64,000 nt of DNA. Origin: a virus. Taxonomy: Duplodnaviria > Heunggongvirae > Uroviricota > Caudoviricetes. Each line of letters starts with the position of its first letter. Within the stretch, counting starts at the first letter, position 1. Shown piece after piece: positions 1 through 12,300 of the stretch. The stretch spans positions 269,624 to 333,623 of IMG/VR virus record IMGVR_UViG_3300033067_001661; one strand, given 5' to 3'. Position numbers and translations under genes: made by a program. The notes under the pieces are model-generated. The model did no database searches and had not been told where the DNA came from. It saw nothing but the letters and a program-made list of their open reading frames with translations.

Positions 1-1129
1 AACTCGAAGCTTCTATATTTGTCATAACAACATAATTAGCAGAGTCTCCCTTTATCAAACTTTCCTTACAAAGATAATCCGAACCGCTAACAGGGCAGAT
101 AGACCTATTTATATATGCTTTTGAACTTTGAAGCCAAGCGCCTATTTTCAACCCAGAAAAAGAGCAATTATGTAAACAGAAACTCTCTTGCGAAGAAAAC
201 ATCTCAATACCAATAAGCTCTGAATTTGATGTTGGACCATAACCTTTTATGGATATGTTTTCCATATAGAATCTATCGCCCTTGACTTTTATCAAAGATT
301 CTTCAGAACCAGGATTATAGTCTGCTACAATGGAAAAATGACTAAGATATTGATAATCAGAAACAGTAACTACTTGATCTGTTCCGTCAAATGTTATCTG
401 AGAAGATACATCAAAACTATAATTTCCGCCTGCGTTTGTAAAAACATATCTGACATAATTCAGATGCCAAGTACCCGCCCAAGTAACAGCATTTGCTAGT
501 GTTGAAAATTCTTTACATTCTGAATTAGCAGGATTATCTTGTCCAGGGCCTGTATAAGACGGATTGATTTTTAAGCTAACATACGAACCTGGTTGGTTTA
601 TATTGTGTCCAGGATTTGTAATTTCAGCATTAGTCCAAGAGTTATAAACAGTAGGCTGAGAAACGGTTACGGTTGTAGTAGTGCTAGCGACCTCTACTCC
701 TGCAAAAAAGATTCTCAACGTTATTGTAAATGGACTTCCTCCATTATTGTGATAGTAAGTATATGCAGCGCACTTCGCTCTTTGCATTGAATTTGAAAGA
801 CCGCTACACTTGGTATAACCAGTATTGTCTACATCAGAATCAATCGTTGGTATTGGAAACCTTGTTTTGTTCTTAAAGTTTCCAGTAACAAGCTGATTAG
901 TTGTTGTGCTTGTAAGATCTAAATCTTGATACCCCGCTGGATTTGAGTAGTATCTCTCATTGTCTTGATTGCCATTCAAAGGAGGTGAAGGGTCTCCAAA
1001 GTCCCAAAGATACTCAACCGTTTCCGAACTATTTCCATCAAGAAGACTAGTGCCTGCCGATACGAAAACCGTAAACGGAGCATAGCCCGAAGTATCTGAA
1101 ACTACTGTTATATTAGCTGTCCAGGCCAT
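1..1129 (-). CDS. Partial gene (N-terminal part in window, C-terminus beyond window start). PKD-like domain (WDFGD, AYTYYHNNGGSPFTITL) followed by a right-handed beta-helix-like region. Tail fibre/depolymerase-like structural protein.
   Basis: Manual translation of the minus strand from the ATG at 1127-1129 (GGGG SD upstream) gives MAWTANITVVSDTSGYAPFTVFVSAGTS...WDFGD...KCAAYTYYHNNGGSPFTITLRIFF, homologous to an internal segment of the 3422-aa neighbour. Open to position 1. Confidence 0.55.
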   Translation of the reverse strand, partial: MAWTANITVVSDTSGYAPFTVFVSAGTSLLDGNSSETVEYLWDFGDPSPPLNGNQDNERYYSNPAGYQDLDLTSTTTNQLVTGNFKNKTRFPIPTIDSDVDNTGYTKCSGLSNSMQRAKCAAYTYYHNNGGSPFTITLRIFFAGVEVASTTTTVTVSQPTVYNSWTNAEITNPGHNINQPGSYVSLKINPSYTGPGQDNPANSECKEFSTLANAVTWAGTWHLNYVRYVFTNAGGNYSFDVSSQITFDGTDQVVTVSDYQYLSHFSIVADYNPGSEESLIKVKGDRFYMENISIKGYGPTSNSELIGIEMFSSQESFCLHNCSFSGLKIGAWLQSSKAYINRSICPVSGSDYLCKESLIKGDSANYVVMTNIEASS

Positions 1130-1141
1130 TTGTTCCCCATT

Positions 1142-3385
1142 TTATAGATACACTATCTCTTTTGAGTATCTCCAACCAAACTCTTGTAGTTCGTCTTTCT
1201 GCCTAACTCTAAACCAATAAAACTCGCCTCGAACCAAAAGCTCAGAAGACTGATTGATATACCTTATCTTCTTATCTTCGTAATTACTGGTTATACCATT
1301 GCCAGAAAAAGGTTGAAAATCTCCATTATAATCTTCAAAATACCAATTAGTTATGTCGGCAAAAGTATCCTTTGATATCAATATGTTACCCTTATCAAAA
1401 TCGTCATATTCCCTAGCAATCTGTAGCTCAAAGTGATAAAACCTAAAATCACCCGGATAATGCTCAAGCGTTGTTTCAAAGTTCCAAGACCCAACAACTT
1501 CAATATTTGCTGGAACAATCGAATCTATTAAACTCTGATTCTGAAGCGTTTCCAAAACAATGCTAGAAACCTTGGTCTCTGTATACGTCAAATATTGATT
1601 GAGATTTGGATACGCAAAATCATAAGAAGTCGCATTCCTATCAACAACAAAATTAACAAGTTTACCTGTTAGTTGAACAAAATCATTCTTCCATGACAAA
1701 TCATCAAACTCCGCTGATAGCTGGTCAAATGGGTATATCAACTCCTCTTGAACAAATTCATCTGATCCACTTGCTACATATGTTCTAAGCTTATCAAGAA
1801 CCTTTGTTTTTCTGTATATACAAGCAACAGCCTCTGCAAGACAGTTCTCCATATTATCCCACGCCTTTGAGGGAGATAACAGTTCGCTTTCCGTAAAAGG
1901 AACAGGGAAGGCAAAAGAAGCCAAAGGATCGCCAAAGCAGGCTATAGGAGAGTTTATAAGAGGCTGAGAAAAGAACATTGCTTCTCCCATTGTTGCTCCT
2001 CTAAAAAGAGCGTCCATAAACGGAACAGGCCTCAAAAACGCATACGCATTTGTTCCAGACATAGAGCCTGCCGCAGCAACATAGCCTTGCCTTATAGCAA
2101 GTACAGGCCAAGAACGAGCGTCTAAGTCTCTTATAGAAAACCCGCCATCAAAATCAGCATTGTAAAAGAAAGCTCTTGTCTCTGCTGTTGTTTGAAAATA
2201 GTTCAACGAACCTCTATCAGCGCCCCATCCCCAGAAAAACGAGTCTCCCTCAACCTGAGAAAAGAATGGATCTCTCGAAGGAGAAGATTGAGAAGTAGTC
2301 TCGGTCGCTAAACCGAGCCTCTCTAAATAGCTATCTCTAAAATTGAGAAGATCTAATGAATAATCAGAAGCACCTGCAAACGAATAAGCAGAATATGGAT
2401 CAAAATAGAACTTGCCACCAACCTGAGACCTTCCTTTTGCTATTTCAATATTATCAAACCAAGGCGTTGTTACAATATTTGGACCGTCTATTCTTGTGCA
2501 AATCAAAGCCTGTAAAGCATCAAAGCCGTCGAATCTCTTAAATACTTGTCTGTTGTAAATCGGATTGGCGGCATTCTTCTCAAAAGGATAAAATAGTCTA
2601 GAAAGTCTTGATGTTGAAGATATTACATCAGAACCGTCTCTAAATCCACCAGGAACATATGGCATCAAAATAATTGCATAAACGCTTCGATCAGAAACGG
2701 GATAGCTTGTTATAGCAGTCCTGATTGGATCTTCTACTTCTTCTTGAAACTCTATATAGTCTGATAGAACTTCCCTATTAGAGCAGGGTATAGCTATCAA
2801 CTGATTGTCTTCAAGGCCATGAATCTCTTTATATCGCAATGCAGACGATAGGCTGTCTGCGTCCCCTTCTCGGTAAACGCAAACAACGTTGTCCCTTGAA
2901 AGTATTGCGGTAGGGTTGACAATTGTTTGCTGGCCCCCATCTGGGGTTGGTCCCTGAATCGAAAAAAAAACACAAGTAACCGTACTTGGCTCAGACCTAT
3001 TACCATAGATGTCAACAGTAACAACTCTATAGCAATATGTATTCCCAAGAACAGCGGTAGAGTCAACAAAGTCTTCCGTTATCGAAGTTCCTATCAAAGA
3101 AAAAACGCCGTCTGCTTGATTGGATCGATAGATTTCGTAATACGCAAAGTCCGTAATCAAACCGCTAATAGCCTCGCTATTGAACGCTATATTGATAGTT
3201 GAAGACGGAACAGACCTATTGCCGTAAATGTCAACGGTAACAACCCTATAGTAGTATACCGTTCCCAATACTGCGGTTAAATCAGTAAACGAGCCGCTTG
3301 TTGATGTACCTATGAGAGTGAAGGGTCCAGTTGGAGTTGTAGCCCTAAAAATCTCATAATACGCAAAATCTGTAGGCAAAATCAT
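1142..3385 (-). CDS. Structural protein with two tandem FN3-like repeats at the N-terminus (YYYRVVTVDIYGNRS repeated twice) and a large C-terminal domain.
   Basis: 747-aa ORF. Internal ~95-aa repeat FAYYEI(F/Y)R...LIGTS...TAVLG..Y.YRVVTVDIYGNRS typical of fibronectin-III/Ig-like phage decoration or fibre domains. AAGGAG SD 6 nt upstream of the ATG. Packed directly behind the giant gene. Confidence 0.6.
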   Translation of the reverse strand: MILPTDFAYYEIFRATTPTGPFTLIGTSTSGSFTDLTAVLGTVYYYRVVTVDIYGNRSVPSSTINIAFNSEAISGLITDFAYYEIYRSNQADGVFSLIGTSITEDFVDSTAVLGNTYCYRVVTVDIYGNRSEPSTVTCVFFSIQGPTPDGGQQTIVNPTAILSRDNVVCVYREGDADSLSSALRYKEIHGLEDNQLIAIPCSNREVLSDYIEFQEEVEDPIRTAITSYPVSDRSVYAIILMPYVPGGFRDGSDVISSTSRLSRLFYPFEKNAANPIYNRQVFKRFDGFDALQALICTRIDGPNIVTTPWFDNIEIAKGRSQVGGKFYFDPYSAYSFAGASDYSLDLLNFRDSYLERLGLATETTSQSSPSRDPFFSQVEGDSFFWGWGADRGSLNYFQTTAETRAFFYNADFDGGFSIRDLDARSWPVLAIRQGYVAAAGSMSGTNAYAFLRPVPFMDALFRGATMGEAMFFSQPLINSPIACFGDPLASFAFPVPFTESELLSPSKAWDNMENCLAEAVACIYRKTKVLDKLRTYVASGSDEFVQEELIYPFDQLSAEFDDLSWKNDFVQLTGKLVNFVVDRNATSYDFAYPNLNQYLTYTETKVSSIVLETLQNQSLIDSIVPANIEVVGSWNFETTLEHYPGDFRFYHFELQIAREYDDFDKGNILISKDTFADITNWYFEDYNGDFQPFSGNGITSNYEDKKIRYINQSSELLVRGEFYWFRVRQKDELQEFGWRYSKEIVYL

Positions 3386-3397
3386 AATTGCTCCTTA

Positions 3398-6300
3398 TCA
3401 AACAATGTAACCAGCTTCCTGAAGGTTGCTAACAACTTCGTATATCTTGCTATAAGTGTCTGCTGTATCCTCTTGCGTGTTGTTTGTCCCAAGAGTTTGT
3501 CCGCAGAACCACCCAACCATAGAAACATTACGCTTATTCATAACCCTAAACAGATTCATCATATGATCTCTGTCGTCTATAACAGAGGCCGAGAACCCGT
3601 TTGGATACTTTGGATTACCTCTTTCATAAAGATTGTTATAAACAAGAGGGGTATTGTTGTAGCTCAACCATGCTGCTATAGGCTTATTTGGATTAGCGAC
3701 TTCACACGCTCTTAGTGAATAATCAAGAGAGGCAATTCTCATTGCTTTAACTATTTCATTTGGATTCTTTATTTTGTTCAAATCAATATTAAACCTAGAT
3801 GCATTTTCGTAATAAGTATTGTAGCCATAGCCAGTTGGGAAACCTATCCAATCAGTAAGACCCCATCCATAATTAGAAGGAACATGAACGTCTGATTTCA
3901 TATTTGGGCCAAAATCAACAGGACTTTCTCTAAATCTATAACCATTAGCGTTATACTGCCTTGTTGCTCCAAAAAGCAACCAGTTTCCACAAATAACATT
4001 AGGCCAAACTTCTTTTGCAGGTTCAAATAAAGACTTGTATAATCCCCAATCAACTCTCATTGCGTTTATACTAGAATAAACATGAACCAATTTTGAAGCT
4101 CTCAATGATTGATCATATATGTAAGGATAAAGCTCTGAAGTTGGAACTGGAAGACCATCAAGATCTTTTAGCTGAGCCGTAAAATCTGCATAACTAATAG
4201 ATCCATCAAACAGAGTATTACTAGACCTACTATCTGCCATAAGCCAATTATGCCAATTGGCTCTCTCGCTTTCAACTCCTCCCGCAAAACCACCATTACC
4301 ATCGCCTTCGTAGTCAGGATCCAAATAATAAGGATGAGGAATTCCCTCTTGATTAAGAGCGTTTGCAAGTATGCCAAAATACTCTTGCATTCTAGTTCTG
4401 GCTTCTTGTATTCCTGCGGTTGACCAAACTCCAGAATACCTTCCATTGCTCAAGAAATCTGAACTATGTCTAAAGAGAGCGGTGTTGGGTGTTCCCCAAT
4501 CATAAGGACCAAAATTCTGAGGCCAAAAAGCCCATCTGAAAGGCTCATTAGATCTAACGGAAGCCCATCTATTTCTTGCTTCAACAACTTCAGCAACAGC
4601 TTCTGCGGCTCGTTGAGCCATTGTTCTATTGTCGCTATTGTTCCAAGAAACAAACTCATTAACAAGTATGTAGGTATTTGAAAGATCAAAAAGCTCATTA
4701 CCAAGATCTACGGCCCGCCTACTACCTTGTACAATAATCTTTGGAGGAGTTCTATTGGTTGAAGAAGGTTCAAACTCAGAAGAAGGAGCATTCCATGCAA
4801 CAACAACATTACCGTCTCCAACATTGGCTGTTGAAGAAATGTTCTTTGGCGGATTAAGTACAGGATCGTCAGCTATATGAGTTACTTCAAAAGCTGTTGG
4901 AGAAGAAGCGTTGCCATATACATCATACGCAACAATCTTGTAGTAATACGTTCTTGCCGGAAAGACTTGATAATCAACAAAGATTGGCTTTTTAGTATAA
5001 AGCTTCTCTTGATATGGAAGATTCAAGTCTGGCTCGCCATTTATAATCCTAGCTCTAGAAACAACATAATGACTAAAATCAGCTTCAATATTAGCATTCC
5101 ATGAAAGAATAATTGATTGCTCATGAACATCAGGATAATCTTGGTTAACAATTGCGTCAATAATCTTGTATTGCAAACCAGAAGGAGCAGCAAGAGACGA
5201 AACGCTTGCAGGCTTCTGATCGTAAACAAATCTCCTATCAGCAGCATTGAAAATCGAAGCGTCTACAAGAGGGGACTTAAGAGAAGCATGTTGCTCGTTA
5301 TCTATACTTCCAACAACAAATCCCCATCTTGCAAAAGCTGCCAAAGCATTCTTTGTGTGACCTTCATTATAAGTCGAATACGGGAAATCCGACCAATGAG
5401 TGTTAAAGTAGAACATAACCAAGGTCTCATGTCCTGGTAATATGTAGTCTGCAAGAACGTGAGGTCCAGATTGTAAATCAAAAGAGAACAAGAAGCTCAT
5501 ACAATTGATATTAGTAATGTCTTCTGGAGATTTCTCGGCAAGAAGCCTTAGGCCATCATATTTATATCCAATATAGTCAATCGCTCTTTTATTTTGTCTA
5601 AGCGCTCCCTTTGTTCCTGCCGCATACGCATCAAGACCAAGCATATTTGTCTTGGCATAATTAGCCATCAAATGGAGTTCGTTAGCTGCTTTATTCATAA
5701 TGTAAGCAGAATCCATATTTTCAAAGCCAACAAAATCTTTAGCTTCTGGATTCCATTGCTTATGAACTGTTGTTCCATATCCTTGATAGAAACCAAATAC
5801 AGGAACCTCCTGTATTGCGTCTCTTAACATATAAATCGTTCCTTTTAGCAAGTTTGGATTTACAGTAAAAGTTCCAGGAACGCAAGTTCCATTACCAAGA
5901 CGTGTATAGCAAGTATCTGATACTGTTGCAGCAGAAGAATGAGGGAATGTTCCATTTGTATCAAAAAACGGAGTCAACATAATAGATGGATAGTTATATG
6001 GATTTTGATTGTAGTACAAGCCAGCAGGACTCCACATGAAGAATCTTTCGTATCCAAGCGTATTGTATAGATACTTAACCTTATTAGACCACCAAGCCCA
6101 GCCCCAAGTGGCAGGATTTTGATTGTTTACATCTTCAAATCCATGATAATACAATGGTTGAGTGTTGCTAGAAATAGCAGGAACCACAGGCCTTATTGGT
6201 CTTGGATCTTTCATGTAACTAACAGAACCATGCGTAGCTGCAAAATAAGCCTTATAAGGAGCTAACGTCTTAACCCAATCTCTTACGTTTCTAGTAACTC

Positions 6301-9300
6301 TAACAGATAGAGTTACTTGCATAGACTGTCCGCGAGCAAGACAATCCGCATTAACTGTAGCGGAATCACCTTGTATATCCGTAAGCCAAGCAAGTCTGTT
6401 AGATATACAAGATACGCCAATACCTCCAATAGAACCAACGCCATATTGTCCTATGAATTCTTGAGAAATCAAATCGCTAGTTGCAAAGTTATAAAGAACA
6501 GACACACCAACTGCATAGGTTTCTCCTACTACTACAACAACTGGCGCAAACCTATCAAACGGATAATTCAATCCAGGACCAAAATAGTTCCTAAACGAAG
6601 TATCATAATCCATAAGATTTGAGCTATCAGTACATCTCAGGAACTTTCCTTTGAGACCAGAAAGAACACCCTCAACTCTAAGCACGCCAATTCTTTGCCT
6701 TACATCGCCAGTTACGCTATCATTAGCTCCGCTTGGGCCGTCATTGGTATATGTAATAGCAATATCATATCCGTCAGTTGTTGGAGTTACAGTTGTTGTT
6801 GTTTTGATATAGTTGCCAAGAGTTATTGATGAGAACTGCGAATAAACCCATCTACCAAAACCGCTATAAATATCGCTCTCTATACTAACCGCACTAGTAT
6901 TCCCCAACAAAGAAGTAGCAAGATATCCGCAACCAAAGAGATCTATAGAGGTTGAAGGACTTCCAAGATTATTATTAACAAACAACGTGTTTATAGCACC
7001 ATAAATAGCATTTGAAAGGTCTGTTAGAGTAGCATAAGAAGAAACGGTTAGACTCGTTATGGATAATGTTGAATTATCATTCTTGACAAAAGTTGCTCCA
7101 AACTTCTTTATACCTCCGTCAAGAAGTAAGCCAAAATAAGCGTTTTTGATATTAGAATTTCCGTTTGGATCAAACTTAATCCTAAGCGCCCTAGACGTAG
7201 TATCTCCGATTGAAGAGAAGCTCAATATATCACTAACGTTTGACGTAAGCTTTTTGATAACGGGCTTAGCAACAGAAGCATAATTGTTATCAACAGTATT
7301 TATGACAGGATCTGTAATGGCAACAAACGCATTCTGAGCGCCAGATGGAGGCGTCCAGCCCGGTTCTGCCGTTCTTGTCCTTGTTGTTATGCTTGGCGAA
7401 ACAGTAAACGCAGACGTTGAGTAAGAAAGAGCATAAGGTTTTGTAGCTCCAACTCCACAACTAAACGAACCCCTAAACTCGTCATTGAAATCCTTTGAAG
7501 CTGCTGGATACAAAATAGACAAAGACGCTAAAGGAGTATTCGTTGAAGAATCAAGCTTGTACTTATAGATTGATTGAAGATCAGTTGTGATTACTTCAAA
7601 CTGAGATGGATTTTCTTCATATCCGGTAGAAACCCATTGATCCCATGTTTTTACAACACCATTGACAAAGGCAAAATCCATAAAACCAAGTCTTTGCGGC
7701 CATACGTTGTTACTAAATTTGTCAAACTGACCAGTATTAGTCCCGACAGAAATCCATCTAGATATACAATAACCACTATGTTCTGTATTGAGATTGTTTA
7801 CAAATTCAATACCACTCAGGCCAACACCTGTCGCTGTAGTAAAGTTCCAGAAAGCTTTTTGATAGCTAGTATTTACGTCAGCTATCGCTGTGTTATTTCC
7901 TATCTTAAGGTTATTTACAAGGCCATAAGACCCTCCAAACTCAAATAGTCCAGAATTGATTCTTGTAGAACCTGCTGTATAAGTGTTTGGTCTCAATACG
8001 TTGTTAACTATAGTTATATCTGAGGAAGGCGGCGTAACAACAAACAAACTCTTAGTTCCACCTGCTAGCATTTCATTCGAATCAAACCTAATCGCAAAAA
8101 CATCATTCAAGCTGTTTGATCCGTCTTGTAAAACAGAACCATAGACGGTAACATATCTTGAGTTGTATAGATTGATGGGGCCTGAAGAAGATATTGAAGA
8201 ACCCTGCAACGAAGCAAGATGATCTATCCTACAGAAATTCATAGAGAGCTTCTCTGCAAGACCGCTAGTTCCTCCAAAGTTTATTGGAGAATCAGCCGCT
8301 GTTCTTACAGCAAAAACTTGAGCGCCATCAACAAACCCATTTAGAGTTGCATGAACGCACTTGTTGATAACGAAATTACAACCTATGAAATCGTAACTCT
8401 TGATTTTTGTTGTTGACGTATGACATTGATTGAAATATACGCCTGTTACAAAATGCGAAGCTGTTACTGCTTGATAGAGATTCCTAAACAAACAACCTGA
8501 GAATGTTATATTACTTGCGTTTGTAGTGGCAGAAGCAGGTGACTTTATTACACATCCTATAAGGTTAGAAGTATTATCGCTTCCTTGCTCAAGACCACCT
8601 GGATCTCCTGTGACATTGGCAGAGGCTCCAAACTGAATATCCTGAAAATTAACATTGTATGCAGTTGCAGCCAACTCAAACAAAGCTGTTGGAGAACTCC
8701 TGCTGAAAGAGCCATTCTTTGCAACAATTCTTGGTTTCTGCGTCGAGTATGCCGTTGAAGATCTGATCAGAATATTTGGCTTGCTTATTGTAATCTTTCC
8801 GTTAAGAGGAAAGTTCAAATTGTTTGAACCGCTATATCCTGGTAAAAGCTCAATAATCGCCTTACCATTAGTTCTGTTTGAGTTTATCCAAGAAACAGCA
8901 GCGTCTATTGTTTGGAAAGTATTTGAAGGAGGAGTAAGTTGCTCTGGAACAACTTGCAACAAAACCCAATTGTTAGGATTATTGGTTGGATAAGAGTCTA
9001 TTGTTGGATTAGAAACAGTAACAGTTGTAGAAACTGTAGAGCTAACCACTCCATTATGCCATATCTTCAACGTTATAGTAAACGGAGTTCCGTTGTTATT
9101 GTGGTAGTAGGTATATGCAGCATTAATGCCCCTCTGCTTGCTAGATAGAGAAGTTTTTCTATGAGAACTTCCGTCAGAGTTAAAATCGCTATCAACTCTC
9201 GGATCAGAAATCATAGTTCTCGAAATAACAGAAACAGGAGGGTTATTATCTCCAAAGTCCCACTCAAACGTACAATCTTGAGCGTCAACACCATTGAAAT

Positions 9301-12300
9301 ACGAGTTAGTTGCGTCAACATGAACCGTAAATGGAACTTCACCAGAAGAAGGTGTTACAACGTTTATGAAAGGAATAACTCTGTTGAATACATTTGTTCC
9401 ATAAGAACCAAGAGCTATTGATTTGTAAGAATTCCACCAACGAGAATTCTCGATCCATCTACCAAACTCATTAGTCGTATCTGTTCTCGTATTTGTCAAA
9501 TCGGTCCAGACGTTGTGACGACCTATCCATTCATCAACTCCTATATCAACACCAGGAGGAGAACTACCCGTCCAAGCTGTCCATGATCTAATAACAAAAT
9601 ATCCTTTATCAAAGTCTGGTGGAAAAACCAATCCGCTAGGAGACTTCAAGGTTCCTTTTAGAGTATTCATTACAAACCTAAGGTTTGATGAATCCCATGT
9701 TACGGTAACATTTCCTATATTTCTAGGAGACGTTGGAGATCCTGAATTCCATGTAGAACCATAAGAAGCAGTAACTATAGCTATGGTCGCTATCTTATTA
9801 TTGAATCCGTCTTGTATCTTCTGAGCAACGTCCGCCATGCTTGCTGTTGTTGAGAAGTTTATACCCTCAACCTTTACAGGATAGCCGTCAACAGCGATAA
9901 TGAAACAACCATTTGTAATAGCTTGCCACTGAGCAAGTGTTTTGCTTACAGTTGGAGTAAATCTATGATTACTAGAATAAAGGCTTGGCAAATTGCCATA
10001 CCACATGATATAACCGTCAGCGCCAGAATCAAGAATCTGAGTATACATTCCTTGAGACAAGGTTGCATTCTGCGCCATACCCATAAAGACATTATATCCA
10101 CTAGACTCAAAGAACGTTGGCATAACAAAGGGGTATATTGGTCTAACCTTGCCAAAAACTTCTATGATTTTTTCTATAGTACCCTTTACGATAAGAATTT
10201 CATCAGTCTCTGCTGCTGTCCAACCTTGGTAAAGAGGATATAAAGAAGGAGCAAAGAAGTCATTATAATCAGCAAAAGGAACAGTAACATATACTCCGTT
10301 CTGATATCTCTGATTAATCCTTCTCATGCTAGCATCAAAAACGGAACCAGGAATAGGATGAGCCAAGCCACCGCTGCCCCAATAATAAGCTCCGTAGTAA
10401 CTATTGGCCGAAAATGGAGTTCCATAGTAACCAATCTTAATGTTTGATATACCTTTCAGTCCAGCCCTAACCTTGGTTCTAGTGTACAAGCTTCTAAACT
10501 GTTCAAGGTTTGCGTCAACTTCAGCTTCCGTAACTCCATAAGGCCAATTTGGGCCGGTTACAGTAACATTGCAAAAATCACCTTCAACGTCCCATACAAA
10601 AATATCTGCTTTTTCGGCCAAGAAAGCGTCAAGCTTTGAGTCTATAAACGAATCGGTAAACTGAGACCAACCAGCCGTCATAGAAGAATAAGCTGTATAC
10701 GATCTAACAATATTGTATTGAGACTTTAGCTGAGGAACAGTTGGCATTCCAGAAAAACTTCTTACAGTACCATTGGATGTTGTAGAACCAAAAGTCTCCA
10801 TAACAGTTATGGACCTATCTCTTGTATACTTGTCCGCCGTAGCCATTGAAGAAAGAGCGTGCCACCAATCATTACCAACAACCCATCCATTAGACCATTC
10901 ATTTGAATCAAAGTCTTGGCCCGAATAAATGTTGCTATCATATTCCTGATTTGTATTAGAATATGTACCTATCCAAAGGGCGGAACCAATATTGGTTCCT
11001 CCAACAGGCAAAGATCCGGAATAACCATAGCAATACAAAAACTCTCGTCCTTCATACGAACTATGATCGGGAGGCGTCTGAACAGATGGGGTTGTGTAAG
11101 TAAACTCAAAACACGGAACTTGAGTTGAAGACAATGGGGCATTATTTGAAACACTTGACTGATACGCAACAACAACGCTTCCCATCTCGTAAGGCCTTGA
11201 AGCTGTCAAGCTTGGATATATAGCCGTAGTTGGAAAGAAATTGTTGATGTAGTACAAATCAGCATTTATCGCTGCTTCAATGATATTCGCAACGCTTGTT
11301 GACTCTGCTCCACCAACGCTTGTTGCAACTGAGAAATTAACACCAGTAACCGATCTGTTATATCCTTGCGCAAAATAATTGAAACAACCATTCGTAATGG
11401 TTTGCCAATCAGAAAGCGTCTTAATAGGAACGGCTGGAGGGCCTCCAGAAGCTGTCATAAAGTGACGAACTCTTGCTCTTCTAAAGCTTGGTCTATAAGT
11501 ATTCCAAACAATAGCTCCGTCAGCTATTCTCTTGCACCAAGAAAGCATCTTGATCATATAGTTTCCGCTTACAAGCTTAGAACACCAAGGTGTAGAGAAG
11601 TGGAATGACGGATTCAAGAAAACATACAAAGGCTTATTTCCTGCTGTATACTTTGCAGCTTGAATAAGATTTTCTTTGTAATACACATCATCAAAAGGGT
11701 CTTGCTCTCCATAAAACGGATAAACGTCACAAGTTATGAAATCCGTATAGTCTGAGAATTTCTTTGTATAATAAGAAGCTCCTGATTTTCTAAGATTAAC
11801 TCTTCTAAACTTAGAAGTCCATGTATCATAGCTTGTTGTATACCCAGTATTATTGCCTCTTGAGAACCAATAAAGAACAGGATTGTAGTAGCTCTTGAAG
11901 TTTGGATTGAAGTAAAATCCAACCTTAACATTGCTGATACCCCGTGCTGCAAGAAGCTCTTTTGTTCTTGTATAAACTCGATTGAAAGATTCCAACATAT
12001 TATCTATGACGGTATCAGAATTTGAAGCTGGATCAAGATATGACTGGAAAAACTCCAAATCATAAGCATAATAAAGCGCTTGATTATTACCAAGAGCAGG
12101 ATCTAGCCATGCCGTTATGCCAGCGTTGATATTACTGTCGCTAATAGTTAAAGTTCCAGTGAGAAGGGTTGTTGCTGCCTGAGAATAACTTTCAACAAAC
12201 GGGGATATCCCGCCTGTTTGCATAAAATTGATTCCATAAGATTCAAAACCCGTAAAAGAGGGCTGTCCTGTATAGTTAGAGGACATGAAATACTTGAAAT

